A stretch of DNA of 64,000 nucleotides from an uncultured Candidatus Binatia bacterium (GCA_965242525.1 OZ251459.1:1609214-1673213); one strand, 5' to 3'. Positions 50,282-60,749 are shown, counted from the stretch's first letter. A program made the numbers and translations. Notes: generated from the sequence alone by a model not told the origin.

Positions 50282-51415
50282 CTATGCCCCCAGCCCGTAC
50301 ATCTGCGCCGGGTTGTCCCACAGGATCTTGCGGCGGGTCTCGTCCGACAGCTTCTCGTTGGCGCTCAGGGCGCCTACGGTGAGGTCGGGGAACTTGTCGA
50401 TGCAGTCGCTGTGCGGATAGTCCGTGGCCATGGTCAGGCGGTCGTTGCCCAGGTGCTCCACGAAACTCGGCACCAGTTCCTCCCCGGCCTCGCAACTCAC
50501 CCAGCACTGGCGCTGGAAATAGAAGCTGGGGGCGTGCGGCGTGGTCCTGGCGGAGCCGTGGGACTCGTGCTCCCAGTGTTCGTCCATGCGCTCCAGCCAG
50601 TAGGGCACCCAGCCGCAGCCGGACTCCAGGTAGGCGACCTTGAGGGCGGGGAAGCGCTCCAGCACGCCGTCGGCGCAGAAGCTCAGGCACGCGAGCATCT
50701 GCTCCAGGGGATGGCAGGCCACGTGGCGCCCGAACTCGCTGTAGCGGTCGCCGCCCGCCTGCTCCAGGACCGTGCGCGCGCCCTCGTGCACGCACACGGT
50801 GACGCCCAGGTCCTGGGCGGCCTCGTAGATGGGGAAGTAGTCGGGGCTGGCCAGGGTCCTGCCGCAGAGCTTGTTGGGGCGCCAGAAGATCCCCACCAGA
50901 CCGAGCTTCTCCCGCGCGTGGCGCAACTCCTCCACCGCCCGGGCCGGGTCCTGCAAGGGCAGCAGCATGACGCCGCGGAGCCGCGACGCGTCGTAGCCGC
51001 AATACTCCGCGAGCCAGGTGTTGTAGGCGCGGCAGATGGCCGCGCTGAGCTCCGGGTCGATGTCCGAGCGCCACATGACGTACAGGCCCATGGTCGGGAA
51101 CAGCACGCTCAGGTCGATGCCCTCCCGGTCCATGTCGCGGAGGTTGGACGCGGGGTCGAAGCCCGCGGCAATGGCTTCCGCGAAGGTGTCGCGCCACCCC
51201 TCGTTGCTGGCGAAGATGAAGCCGTAGTCGGTGGTCTCTCGGTCGGGGCGCCGGTCGGAGTCCGACACCGGCTTGCCGTCCACGTAGCGGCCGGACTGGT
51301 TCGGTCCCGTGATCTTCACCCGCCCGCGGAACCTGGCGTCCATGTACCGGTCGTACACGTCCGAGGGCTCCATGATGTGCCGGTCCGAATCGATGACGCG
51401 GTATCCATCCTTCAT
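50282..51415 (-). CDS. Amidohydrolase_2 family protein (ACMSD-like metal-dependent hydrolase/decarboxylase)
   Basis: Sequence MKDGYRVIDSDRHIMEP...VCVHEG...TDYPHSD, 377 aa. Confidence 0.75.
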   Translation of the reverse strand: MKDGYRVIDSDRHIMEPSDVYDRYMDARFRGRVKITGPNQSGRYVDGKPVSDSDRRPDRETTDYGFIFASNEGWRDTFAEAIAAGFDPASNLRDMDREGIDLSVLFPTMGLYVMWRSDIDPELSAAICRAYNTWLAEYCGYDASRLRGVMLLPLQDPARAVEELRHAREKLGLVGIFWRPNKLCGRTLASPDYFPIYEAAQDLGVTVCVHEGARTVLEQAGGDRYSEFGRHVACHPLEQMLACLSFCADGVLERFPALKVAYLESGCGWVPYWLERMDEHWEHESHGSARTTPHAPSFYFQRQCWVSCEAGEELVPSFVEHLGNDRLTMATDYPHSDCIDKFPDLTVGALSANEKLSDETRRKILWDNPAQMYGLGA

Positions 51416-51554
51416 GGCTCAACTCCTTCTTCGGACAGCGGCTCGCCGCTGCCTCCTGCGGTCGCCAACGTCGATGCCCGCGGAGAGCCCCCCGGCCTGC
51501 CGGGGAGCCGTCTCCAGCGTGGCGCCACTATAGATCAAAGCACGGACCCCATCA

Positions 51555-51655
51555 AGGAAACTCCGAACAATCGGGGGAGCATGAGCGCGTCCTTCGACTT
51601 CGCTTCGCTACGCTCAGGACGAACGGGGATGGAAGGGTCGCGTGAGGGAGCTTGA
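51555..51655. repeat. Partial MITE family 1 copy
   Basis: Sequence CTCCGAACAATCGGG...GCGTCCTTCGACTTCGCTTCGCTACGCTCAGGACGAACGG. Confidence 0.8.
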
Positions 51656-51709
51656 CCGGGCGCAAGGCCGAAGATAACATCCCCGCGGACAAACACCACG
51701 GAGGGAATC

Positions 51710-52948
51710 ATGGGAGTCGAGCCGGGCGCGGAATTGTTCGAGTTCAGCGAGCCTTCGGTAACGGGCAAGGCCGGGTTCGGCAGGTGGAAGAACCCCCGGT
51801 CGCCCTACGACCGGTTCATGGAGGACCAGGGCCTCCCCATCCACAGGGACATCGGGGTCCACAAGGTCCAGGACCTGCCCCTGGCCCCGTGGAAGCGGCT
51901 GGGAGGACGCGGCACCGCCATCCAGCTCCTGGGCACCGAGCACCTGTGGGGCATGTACGTGGTGGAGGTGCCGGGGGCGGGCGCGTTGCACGCCGAGCGC
52001 CACCTCTACGAAGAGACTTGCTACGTGGTGGAAGGCAGGGGCACCACCGAGGTGTGGCACGAGGGCAGCGGCAAGAGGCAGACCTTCGAGTGGGGGCCGG
52101 GCTCGCTCTTCGGCATCCCGTTGAACGCATGGCACCGGGTGGTCAACGCCACATCCTCCCCGGCCATGCTCCTGGCCGCCACCACCGCGCCCAACATCAT
52201 CAACCTGCTCCGGGACCCGCAGTTCGTCATGGACTGCCCCTACGAGTTCACCCGGCGTTTCAAGGGCGACGACGACTATTTCAAACCCGTGGAGGACATC
52301 CGCGCGGACCCGGTGCGCGGTCTGGCCATGAGGCTCACCAACGTCATACCGGACATCGTCACGTGCGAGCTGCCGCGGGACAACCGGCGCTCGTTCAGCT
52401 ACCGGCGGGTGGAGCCGCACATGGCCGGGGCCAACTTCTACATGAAGATCGCCCAGTACGAGACCGGCCAGTACTCCAAGGCCCACAAGCACACCTCGGG
52501 CGCCATACTCGTGTGCATCGAGGGCAAGGGCTTCAGCTACACCTGGCCGGACCGCCTGGGCATGAGGCCGTGGCAGGAGGGGCGCAGCGACGAGGTCAGG
52601 CAGCAGACCTATGAGCCGGTGGGCATGATCAGCGCCGCGCCCATGGCCGGCGACTGGTTCCACCAGCACTTCGGCACCGACCCCGCGGGGCTGAGGCTGT
52701 TGATCTTCGACGGTCCGTACGGGCCGGGCTTCCGGCGCGGGGGCGCGCCCGGCGCCCAGGCCATGGACGTGGGCGCGGTGGACACCCGGGACGGCGGCAA
52801 CGCCATCGCCTACATGGACGAGGACCCGCAGATACGGAAGACCTACGAGGCCGAGCTGGCCGCCCACGGCATGGAGAGCCGCATGCCCCAATGGGCCTAC
52901 GAGACCCGGACGCCCCCCGAAGGCGCACTGGAGCCCGGCGGACTCTGA
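51710..52948 (+). CDS. Bicupin protein (gentisate/homogentisate-dioxygenase-like cupin pair)
   Basis: The protein is 412 aa with two cupin-like segments containing His/Glu clusters (HAERHLYEETCYVVEG and HKHTSGAILVCIEG). Confidence 0.55.
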   Translation: MGVEPGAELFEFSEPSVTGKAGFGRWKNPRSPYDRFMEDQGLPIHRDIGVHKVQDLPLAPWKRLGGRGTAIQLLGTEHLWGMYVVEVPGAGALHAERHLYEETCYVVEGRGTTEVWHEGSGKRQTFEWGPGSLFGIPLNAWHRVVNATSSPAMLLAATTAPNIINLLRDPQFVMDCPYEFTRRFKGDDDYFKPVEDIRADPVRGLAMRLTNVIPDIVTCELPRDNRRSFSYRRVEPHMAGANFYMKIAQYETGQYSKAHKHTSGAILVCIEGKGFSYTWPDRLGMRPWQEGRSDEVRQQTYEPVGMISAAPMAGDWFHQHFGTDPAGLRLLIFDGPYGPGFRRGGAPGAQAMDVGAVDTRDGGNAIAYMDEDPQIRKTYEAELAAHGMESRMPQWAYETRTPPEGALEPGGL

Positions 52949-52965
52949 GCCGGGGACGAGGCTCG

Positions 52966-53886
52966 TCAACTTTCCCACAGGTGGCGGAACTGCACGGCCG
53001 CCACCCGTTCGTACGGCGCCGGCCCCGACAGGTGCCCCACGGACCGGGCGAACCGGTTGAGATGGGACACCGCCGCCTCCGAGATGGCGGGGTCGTAGAA
53101 CGGCGCATCCCGCTCCACGATGCCGGCGATGAGCGCGGCCGCGTCCGGCGGGAAGAGTCCCTCCCCCACCCGCACCGCTTGGGCCGGGTCTGCGCGCAAC
53201 GCCTTCTGGGCCTTCACGACGGCGCGCACGGCCGCGGCGGCCTGCTCCGGCGCCCGCTCGATGAAGGCGTCGGTGGTGCCGAGACCGGCAAAGGTGCAGT
53301 ACCGGACCTCCCCGGGGTCGTCGCCCCGGCGCACGTCCACGTGGAGCTTGCCAGCGCCCAGGGCCGCGGCGGTGGCGCTGCCCATGGCGTTGGACCAGAA
53401 GCCGTCGATGCGGCCCGCGGCCAGACCCCGGGCCGCAAAGACGCCGAAGGAGACGTCCCGGGCCTCGGAACCCGGCAGATGCACCAACTCCACGTCCCGG
53501 TCCGGGTCGAGGCCCGCCTCCGCCAGCAGCGCCCGGAACACCAGGTCCGGTCCTTCGGCCGCGGTGAGGCGCAAGCCCCGGAGGGCCTCGAAGTCCCCCC
53601 TTTCCGCGGGGAGGTCGGCCCGCACCGTCAGGAGCCACGGCGTCCCCCGGGACAGCGCCACCAGCAGCTTGGCGCCGCTCCAATCGGGGAACTCCCGCAG
53701 CAGGTCGTGCACCGACCCGGCGATCATGGCGTCCGCGCTGCCGTCCCGGAGCGCCCGGGTGGCGCCGATCTGGGACACGAGGTCGATCTCCACCTCCAGC
53801 CCCTCGTCCCGGAAGAAACCCAGCTCCCGGGCGGCCAGGGCGGGGAAACAGGTGTTGCTGATCAGGTCCACCGCAGCAATGCGCAT
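52966..53886 (-). CDS. NMT1/THI5-like substrate-binding protein (SsuA-like), no signal peptide
   Basis: Start MRIAAVDLISNTCFPALAARELGFFRDEGLEVEIDLVSQIGAT. The ORF-track N-terminal extension was rejected. Confidence 0.6.
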   Translation of the reverse strand: MRIAAVDLISNTCFPALAARELGFFRDEGLEVEIDLVSQIGATRALRDGSADAMIAGSVHDLLREFPDWSGAKLLVALSRGTPWLLTVRADLPAERGDFEALRGLRLTAAEGPDLVFRALLAEAGLDPDRDVELVHLPGSEARDVSFGVFAARGLAAGRIDGFWSNAMGSATAAALGAGKLHVDVRRGDDPGEVRYCTFAGLGTTDAFIERAPEQAAAAVRAVVKAQKALRADPAQAVRVGEGLFPPDAAALIAGIVERDAPFYDPAISEAAVSHLNRFARSVGHLSGPAPYERVAAVQFRHLWES

Positions 53887-54023
53887 GTCGAGGTCACCTC
53901 CGGCCCGGGGTTCGGTCCCGCATGGGCATAACAGGGATTGCTTCCGCGCCGCAACGCGCCGGGGACGGAATTTGAGGAGTTGTTCCTGTGGGTGCGGTAA
54001 ATGGTTTACCAAAGGCGTCTGGC

Positions 54024-54049
54024 GTTAGAAACTCAAGGTTCTTTCTAAC
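54024..54049. promoter_or_regulatory. Perfect 8-bp inverted repeat GTTAGAAA-N10-TTTCTAAC (putative operator)
   Basis: The repeat lies in a low-GC intergenic stretch about 210 bp upstream of the AlbA_2/HATPase gene. Confidence 0.35.
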
Positions 54050-54257
54050 ACATGACGGCCGAAAGTCACCCATCAATGGAAAGGAATCCCGTTCGGCCTC
54101 GTCGTGCGGCAGCTTCGCCGCCCGGACCGAAGGGCCTCGGAAGTTGGAAACGTGACCGGCCGGTTCCTCTGTTCGACCCGGTGGGCGGGCCTGGGCGCGT
54201 TGTCGCTTCCGCGGCCGGATGGTAGATGTAGGGAACCGAACGAGGGTTCGACCGCCG

Positions 54258-55511
54258 ATGACGAAGTCCGAGCTACTGGAACTGATTGCCAACGGGGAAA
54301 ACTCCGGAACGGAGTTCAAAGGCGACGAACAGCGTCCGGAACAGGTCGCCAAGGAAATCGTGGCTCTGGCCAACTTCCGGGGCGGCCGACTGTTGCTGGG
54401 CGTGGAGGACGACGGGACCATTGCGGGTATTCGGCGGGATGACCTCGAACGCTGGATCATGGACACGGTGTTCGGCCGAAAGGTGCATCCGATGATCCTG
54501 CCTTTCTACGAAGAGGTCCGGGTCGATGAACGGCGCAGGGTGGCGGTCGTTACGGTCACCCAGGGCGCGTCCAAGCCTTACGTGGTCCGTCACAACGACC
54601 GGGAAGACATCTATGTGCGCATCGGGAGCACGTCACGGTTGGCTACCCGGAAACAGCAGGCGAGACTGCACGCGCTTGGCGGTATGCTCCACACGGAATT
54701 GCTGCCCGTATCCGGCAGTGGACTCCGCGACCTCGGCAAGGAAAGGCTGGAAGACTACCTCATTTCCATGGTCCACGACCGTGAAACGCCCGCCACCGAC
54801 GAGGCATGGGGCGAGCGCCTGTGCGGACTGGGTTTCATGGCCGAACGTCAAGACGGTCCGCCGGTGTGCACGATAGTGGGACTGGTGCTGTTCGGACGCA
54901 GACCGCGGCGTCTGCTGCGGCAGGCCGGCATTCGATGGATGGCCTTCAAGGGCGGCGCCAAGGCTTACGACGCACTGGACGACCAGGTGATCGACGGCCC
55001 GTTGACCGCTCTCCGGGGCGAGTTGTCAGGCCGCGGACGCGAGGTCCTGGAAAACGGAATCATCGAGCGGCTGGCCGACGCCATGCGTCCATTCGTTTCC
55101 GAAGAAACCGGTCGAATCGGCGAGTCCATGCGCCGGGAGCGGACCTGGCACTACCCTCTGGACGCGGTTCGGGAAGCGGTCGTCAACGCCCTCGGCCATC
55201 GAGACTGGACCCGCAACGAAGAGATCGAAGTCGTCCGTTACGCAGACCGGCTGGAAGTGCTGAGCCCCGGTGCGCTCCAGAACACCATGACGGTCGAGAA
55301 GATGATCGCCGGCCAACGTTCCCCGCGCAACCCGCTCATGGTCGAGGTATTGAAGGACTATGGCTATGCGGACGCTCGCGGCATGGGGGTCCGCAACAAG
55401 ATCATTCCCCTGCTGCGAAAAGCGAACGGCGTGGACCCGGAGTTCCAGGTGACCGAAGACCATTTGCGCCTGACCATGCGCAGGGGAGCGAACGCGCAAC
55501 GAGTCGCGTGA
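54258..55511 (+). CDS. AlbA_2 (Schlafen-like divergent AAA) plus HATPase_c_4 domain protein (putative DNA-binding ATP-dependent regulator, RecG-C-like)
   Basis: N-terminus MTKSELLELIANGENSGTEFKG...IVALANFRGGRLLLGVEDDGTIAGI, and C-terminus REAVVNALGHRDW...RNPLMVEVLKDYGYADARGMGV. Confidence 0.7.
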   Translation: MTKSELLELIANGENSGTEFKGDEQRPEQVAKEIVALANFRGGRLLLGVEDDGTIAGIRRDDLERWIMDTVFGRKVHPMILPFYEEVRVDERRRVAVVTVTQGASKPYVVRHNDREDIYVRIGSTSRLATRKQQARLHALGGMLHTELLPVSGSGLRDLGKERLEDYLISMVHDRETPATDEAWGERLCGLGFMAERQDGPPVCTIVGLVLFGRRPRRLLRQAGIRWMAFKGGAKAYDALDDQVIDGPLTALRGELSGRGREVLENGIIERLADAMRPFVSEETGRIGESMRRERTWHYPLDAVREAVVNALGHRDWTRNEEIEVVRYADRLEVLSPGALQNTMTVEKMIAGQRSPRNPLMVEVLKDYGYADARGMGVRNKIIPLLRKANGVDPEFQVTEDHLRLTMRRGANAQRVA

Positions 55512-55536
55512 CCCCGGCTGACGCCGGGCGCGCCTC

Positions 55537-58500
55537 TTACGGCGCCGGGACGCTTCCGCCTTGGGTCCCGGGTCGGTAGGTCTCCCGGAAGACGGTCTCG
55601 GAGAGCCATTTCTCGAACGACGGGTTGTCGCTGAACTGCTTGAACAACTCGGTGTGGTCCGCGAGCAGCTCGGTCATGGCGCGGCGCAGGGCCTTGTCGT
55701 GTTCGATGCGCGCGTTCTGCCGGTCGGAGTTGGCCATGGCGTTCCGGTACGCCCTGTCACCGGCCACCTTGGCGGGCAGTTCCTCGGCGATGACCTTGGC
55801 GATCTTGTCCTGGTCCTTCCACTCGATGTTGCCGAACCTGTCGTTGAACTCCTCCAGGATGCGGGAGAGCCGGTCCATCTCCGGTTCCGGCTTCTGTCCG
55901 CCGCCCTCGACGGACGCCGGCGGGACCTCCGCATCCTGGTCGGGAAGCTGGACGTCCTGCACCGCCTGCTTCTCGACCCGGTAGCTGTCCATGTCGATGG
56001 CGTCGAGTATCCCCCTGGACAGGTCGTCCTCGACCGGAGCCGGCAGCTTGCGGACGAGGAAGTTCAGGAAGATGGAGAGCTTCTCCCACTCGGCGTTGGT
56101 GTAGGGCAGGATGGCGCCCAGGAAATCGTAGGCCCGGAGGAACGCCTTGGCCTTGCCCTTGAAGTCCACCTGTCCGTCCTCGTCCAGGTTGTCCAGGTAG
56201 ATGGAGACGCAGGCGTCCAGGATCGGGTCGAGCCGGTCGCGGCCGGCCCCCGAGAGGTACTGCTCCACCAACTCGTCCACCTGCGACGGGCCATGGACCT
56301 GGTAGCTGTCGAGGGACGCCTTGAGGTCGTGGAGACGGTTCGGGTCGGTCTCGTCCGCCAGGAGCGTGGTCCGGTAATAGTCGGCGAAGGCGCCCCGTAT
56401 GGCGTCCGCATGGTTGGCGAAGTCCAGCACGAAGGCGTCGTGCTTCCCGGGGCGCGCCCGGTTGAGACGCGACAGGGTCTGCACCGCCTTCACCCCGGAC
56501 AGCGGCTTGTCCACGTACATGGTGTGCAGCAACGGCTCGTCGTAGCCGGTCTGGAACTTGTCGGCGCAGACCAGGAAGCGGTACGGGTCTTGCCGGATGC
56601 GGTCGGCGATGAGGTTCGACGAGAAGCCGTTGAGGGACGCCTCGGTGACCGTCGCGCCCTCGTACTCGTGCTCGCCGGAGAAGGCGACCATGGCCCGGTA
56701 GGGGCTCTTCCTCTCCGCGAGGTAGGCGCGGATGGCGTGGTAATAGCTCACGGCGCGCCGGACGCTGCTCGTCACCACCATGGCGCGCGCCTGTCCGCCG
56801 ATCTTCCGCAGGTCGGCCACCTGCTCGTGGAAGTGGTCCACCATGATCTCGGCCTTGAGGCGGATGGGGTGCTCGTGGTCCTCCACGTAGCGGCGCAGCT
56901 TCTTCCCGGCCCGCTTGGCGTCGAACACCGGGTCGCCCGCCACCGTCTTGACCAACTGGCAGTAGGCGTCCACCGGCGTGTAATGCTTCAGCACGTCGAT
57001 GATGAACCCTTCCTGTACGGCCTGCTTCATGGTGTAGGAGTGGAAGGGAACGTGCCGGGTCTTCCCGTCTTCGGGAACGGGCGCGCCGAAGATCTCCAGG
57101 GTCTTGTTCTTGGGGGTGGCGGTGAAGGCGAAGTAGCTGGCGTTGGGCAAGAGCTTCCTGGACTCCATCAGGCGGTTGATCTTGTCCTCCGCGGTCTCTT
57201 CCTCCCCTTCCGCGCCGGCCTCCCCCAGCGCCATGGACACCGACGCCGAAGCGCGTCCTCCCTGGCTCGAATGGGCTTCGTCGATGACAACGGCGAACTT
57301 GCGCCCCCGGTGCTCGTCGCCCATGGCCTCCAGGATATAGGGGAACTTCTGCACCGTGGTGATGACGATGCGCTTGCCCTCCCGGAGCAGCGTCCGCAGA
57401 CGGCCGGAGGTCTCGGCATGGCCCACGACGGCGCCCACCTGCGCGAACTGCCTGATGGTGTCCCTTATCTGCCCGTCCAACACCTTCCGGTCCGTGACCA
57501 CCACCACGGAATCGAAGAGCGCTCCACCGTCCCGCTCCAGACCGATCAACTGGTGGGCCAACCACGCGATGGAGTTGGACTTGCCGCTGCCCGCGGAGTG
57601 CTGGACCAGGTAGCGGGCTCCGACGCCGCGCTCGGACGCGTCGGCCAGCAACCGGCGCACCACATCGAGCTGGTGGTAGCGAGGCCATACCTGCACCCGC
57701 CTCTTGCGCCCCGTGCCCTCGTCCCTGGTCTCCAGGAGCTGGGCGTAGTTCTCGATGACATCGGTCAACCGGTCGCGGGTGAGGATCTGATTCCACAGGT
57801 AGTCGGTCTTGAGGCCGTCGGGGTTGGGCGGATTGCCCGCGCCATCGTTCCAGCCCCGGTTGAAAGGCAGGAACCACGACTCCTTGCCCCTGAGATGGGT
57901 GCAGAAACGGACCTCGTGTTCATCCACCGCAAAGTGGGCCAGGCAGCGGCCAAGCTCGAAGAGCTTCTCGCCCGGGCGCCGGTCGCGCTTGTACTGCTCC
58001 ACCGCGTCGTCCACCGTCTGCTTGGTGAGGCGGTTCTTCAACTCGAAGGTGGCCACCGGCAGGCCGTTGACGAACAGGCACAGGTCCAGGGCAAGCCGAG
58101 TCTCGTCAAGGCTGTACCGGAGTTGCCTCGTCACGCTGAACCGGTTCCGTGCGTAGAGGCTTTCGGCCCTCTCGTTCCCCGCAGACGGCGTGCCGTAGAA
58201 CAGGTCCAGGTGGTGCGGCCCATGCTTGACGCCCTTGCGCAGCAAGTCGATGGTCCCGCGCCTGCCCACCTGCCCTTGCAGCCGGGCCAGGAACTTGCGC
58301 CGCGCGGGGCCGTCCTGGGCCAGGTCCAGCGACGCGGCCGCCTCGGGCTGGGTGGCGCGGAGGAAAGCCGAAAGCTGGGCCAAGTCGACGCAGTACTCCC
58401 GGTCGTAGTCCCGCGGGTCCCCGCAAATCCAGCCCGCGCCGCAACCCGACCGCGGTTCGCGCCCCACGCCCTCCTGCGCCGGGTCGCACGCGCTCCCTGT

Positions 58501-58554
58501 CAGCGCCGTGCAGATGAGGCGCTCCAGGCCGCGCTCGGTGGTGTCCGTGGTCAT
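55537..58554 (-). CDS. hsdR: Type I restriction enzyme R subunit
   Basis: N-terminal nuclease region, then helicase motif I VQHSAGSGKS and motif II VVIDEAHSSQ, with a motif VI region QTLSRLNR. The start was set at MTTDTTERGL, because the longer ORF runs into a MITE remnant. Confidence 0.85.
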   Translation of the reverse strand: MTTDTTERGLERLICTALTGSACDPAQEGVGREPRSGCGAGWICGDPRDYDREYCVDLAQLSAFLRATQPEAAASLDLAQDGPARRKFLARLQGQVGRRGTIDLLRKGVKHGPHHLDLFYGTPSAGNERAESLYARNRFSVTRQLRYSLDETRLALDLCLFVNGLPVATFELKNRLTKQTVDDAVEQYKRDRRPGEKLFELGRCLAHFAVDEHEVRFCTHLRGKESWFLPFNRGWNDGAGNPPNPDGLKTDYLWNQILTRDRLTDVIENYAQLLETRDEGTGRKRRVQVWPRYHQLDVVRRLLADASERGVGARYLVQHSAGSGKSNSIAWLAHQLIGLERDGGALFDSVVVVTDRKVLDGQIRDTIRQFAQVGAVVGHAETSGRLRTLLREGKRIVITTVQKFPYILEAMGDEHRGRKFAVVIDEAHSSQGGRASASVSMALGEAGAEGEEETAEDKINRLMESRKLLPNASYFAFTATPKNKTLEIFGAPVPEDGKTRHVPFHSYTMKQAVQEGFIIDVLKHYTPVDAYCQLVKTVAGDPVFDAKRAGKKLRRYVEDHEHPIRLKAEIMVDHFHEQVADLRKIGGQARAMVVTSSVRRAVSYYHAIRAYLAERKSPYRAMVAFSGEHEYEGATVTEASLNGFSSNLIADRIRQDPYRFLVCADKFQTGYDEPLLHTMYVDKPLSGVKAVQTLSRLNRARPGKHDAFVLDFANHADAIRGAFADYYRTTLLADETDPNRLHDLKASLDSYQVHGPSQVDELVEQYLSGAGRDRLDPILDACVSIYLDNLDEDGQVDFKGKAKAFLRAYDFLGAILPYTNAEWEKLSIFLNFLVRKLPAPVEDDLSRGILDAIDMDSYRVEKQAVQDVQLPDQDAEVPPASVEGGGQKPEPEMDRLSRILEEFNDRFGNIEWKDQDKIAKVIAEELPAKVAGDRAYRNAMANSDRQNARIEHDKALRRAMTELLADHTELFKQFSDNPSFEKWLSETVFRETYRPGTQGGSVPAP

Positions 58555-58607
58555 GGTCCGGATTCCGGTCCTGCATGGAACGGGTTGATTACCCGCAGGC
58601 CGCCGCA

Positions 58608-58676
58608 AGGAAACCCTGAACAATCGTCCTCGTTCGTCCTGAGCGTAGCGAAGCGAAGTCGAAGGACGCGCTGACG
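58608..58676. repeat. Partial MITE family 1 copy
   Basis: Sequence GGAAACCCTGAACAATCG...CGTTCGTCCTGAGCGTAGCGAAGCGAAGTCGAAGGACGCGC. Confidence 0.8.
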
Positions 58677-58697
58677 GCGTAGAGCAGCACGCTGGTG

Positions 58698-59018
58698 TCA
58701 ACGAATCGCATCGGGTCCGTTCATCGCTTCATCGTACAGCTCTTCCCGGGTCAGCCGATCGGAGGCTTGCAGCCCCAGACGCCGCGCATCCAGATCCGCG
58801 AAGAACTCGTCCAGCCGCCTGCGCCGACGCTCCAACTCCGGCTCTCTCTCCCCTTCCGCACCCGGTTCGTTGGCCGCCATAGCGTCCTCGCCGCGGTCGG
58901 CCGCGAGGCCATTGAGATAGCCGCGCACCAGCGCCGAGACCGACGTGCCGGCCTCCGTAGCCTTGGCATGGGCGACGCGGTAGGTCTCCTCGTCCAACGA
59001 AACGGTGACGTTCTTCAT
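58698..59018 (-). CDS. Ribbon-helix-helix (CopG/StbC-like) antitoxin-type protein
   Basis: Sequence MKNVTVSLDEETYRVAHAKATEAGTSVSALVRGYLNGL. The ORF-track N-terminal extension was rejected. Confidence 0.6.
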   Translation of the reverse strand: MKNVTVSLDEETYRVAHAKATEAGTSVSALVRGYLNGLAADRGEDAMAANEPGAEGEREPELERRRRRLDEFFADLDARRLGLQASDRLTREELYDEAMNGPDAIR

Positions 59019-59218
59019 CCTTGCGACCTCACCATCAGCCTGACTCACAATATACCAGCAATCGACCCTCCGGCGCACCACGGTCTCGCGGGCTCCCTTT
59101 CTCCGGCAATCGGTGGTGTCGGTGGACGACTTCATTTCTTCAAGGGGCGAACAAGCCCTTCTTCGCCAGGACATCGACCGCCATCGGCATAGCCCGACCA
59201 GAGCGGTGCGCCCTGCCG

Positions 59219-59722
59219 TCATCTCGGAAATGTCGGTTGAAGGGTTGAGTCGCCGGGCCGCCGAACCTCCCACGGCTCGAACACCACCACCTTCAGATCG
59301 TGGAACTCCCCCAAGCTGGCCTCGATACGCGGCCGCACCGTAGCCCAGTCCAGGCCGCCCAATCCGCTGCCCAGCGGCGGCAGCGCAATGGAGCCGATAT
59401 TGCGCTCCCGGATCTCTCGGGTCAGGGTGGCAAGACCGGCTTCGATGTCCTCCATTCGGCTCTTGTCCCGCCAGTGGCGCTTGGTCGGGAAGTTGATGAT
59501 GTAGCGCGGGTATATCCGGCCGGTCTCGAAGACGAACAGCCGGCCAGGCTGAACCGTCCCCTGCCTGCATGCCGCGGCGTACGCGTCAAAGTTATCGGGA
59601 AACGCCTTCTTGAACTGCAAAGCAAGGCCGCGCCCCATGACGCCGACACACTTGACGGTGTTGACCAGCGCTTCGGCGTCTTCAGCGATGATGTCGCCTG
59701 TCTTGTATTCGATCATGGCCAA
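59219..59722 (-). CDS. Stand-alone macro-domain protein (ADP-ribose binding/hydrolase; DarG-macrodomain-like)
   Basis: Sequence MAMIEYKTGDIIAEDAEALVNTVKCVGVMGRGLALQFKKAFPDNF...INFPTKRHWRDKSRMEDIEAGL...ALPPLGSGLGGLDW. Confidence 0.7.
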   Translation of the reverse strand: MAMIEYKTGDIIAEDAEALVNTVKCVGVMGRGLALQFKKAFPDNFDAYAAACRQGTVQPGRLFVFETGRIYPRYIINFPTKRHWRDKSRMEDIEAGLATLTREIRERNIGSIALPPLGSGLGGLDWATVRPRIEASLGEFHDLKVVVFEPWEVRRPGDSTLQPTFPR

Positions 59723-59879
59723 CCTTCCTTCACCTCAACAATACCAGTCCAGCTTGATTGTGAGTCGCGGTTTATGCGGAGCAGATTGAAGAACTGCATG
59801 ACGCGATAGCACATCGGTAGCGACAAGGTGCCCCTTAGACCGGTTGTCCGCCTATCAAGTGACGCCTACTCTCAAACCC

Positions 59880-60590
59880 TTAATAACCCTTTTTAGAAGG
59901 TGAAAGCAAGGCAGGGAACTCTTTCATCCGGGCAATAACAGCGAACCGTATGTGTTCATTCAGGATGTCCGCTCGACGACATAAAATCCCTTTTTTCTCA
60001 CAGTGCCGTCTAGCAAAAGTCGTTTCTTCCTCCGTAAGAAACTCGGTGATCCTCACATAATCATCCACTTTCCACATTGGATCGCAAAGATCGTCGATGT
60101 CGTGAACTTCGTCGAGCGATTTTGATTTCTCCAAGAATTGCCCTGCCAACTCAGCTACATATAAGTCGAACTCTGGCCGATTGTAAATCATCCTGTAACG
60201 CCTGTAGGAGTCTTCCTCGTTTTTTCTGATACCTCGCATGATCTTCTGTCTTTTTTTATCATCCATGTCCCAAGACCGGTTCAGTTCTAGCGTCATAAAA
60301 TCCATCTCCAAGGTCCGGCAAAGCGCTTCTTTTTCGGCAAAGGAAAGGCAATTATCACCTCTCGCCCATCGATAAATACGCCAAGGCCTAATCTGAGGAT
60401 CACACTGGTAAGCGAGATCCGTCAACGTGCAGTTCTTATCCTTCAAATGCTCTCGAAGCCACTCCGGAGTTTTCCATTTCATACGAAGCTTGGTAATGAA
60501 CGATGCCAACGAGTTTCGCTGCACAAACATCATCACTATCGTTAAAACGCTCGCAATCACGGGGAGAATCACGGAGATTAAGTCTATCAC
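59880..60590 (-). CDS. Hypothetical membrane-anchored protein with XRE-like HTH segment; low-GC island
   Basis: N-terminal TM LISVILPVIASVLTIVMMFV and an HTH-like segment CTLTDLAYQCDPQIRPWRIYRWARGDNCLSFAEKEALCRTL. Lys/Asn/Ile/Phe-rich composition in AT-rich DNA is unlike the rest of the window. Confidence 0.5.
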   Translation of the reverse strand: MIDLISVILPVIASVLTIVMMFVQRNSLASFITKLRMKWKTPEWLREHLKDKNCTLTDLAYQCDPQIRPWRIYRWARGDNCLSFAEKEALCRTLEMDFMTLELNRSWDMDDKKRQKIMRGIRKNEEDSYRRYRMIYNRPEFDLYVAELAGQFLEKSKSLDEVHDIDDLCDPMWKVDDYVRITEFLTEEETTFARRHCEKKGILCRRADILNEHIRFAVIARMKEFPALLSPSKKGY

Positions 60591-60749
60591 TGTTCCGTCA
60601 CCCTTCAGGAGGCTATGTCTTTACCTTTCGATTAGGTTGGTGGGTAGATCCTATTTCGTAAACCATGTTCGGCTTGCAGATTACGCCGTGAGACCCCGCT
60701 CACACGAAAGACTGGAGAATCATCTTTGATTCGGCAGGAACAAGCATGT

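Noticed and set aside
59880-60590. DarT (DUF4433) toxin partner for the macro-domain protein
   Set aside because: The adjacent 236-aa protein is membrane-anchored and Lys-rich with an HTH-like segment, unlike the DarT fold. No DarT-like ORF was seen nearby, so the DarTG call was not made.
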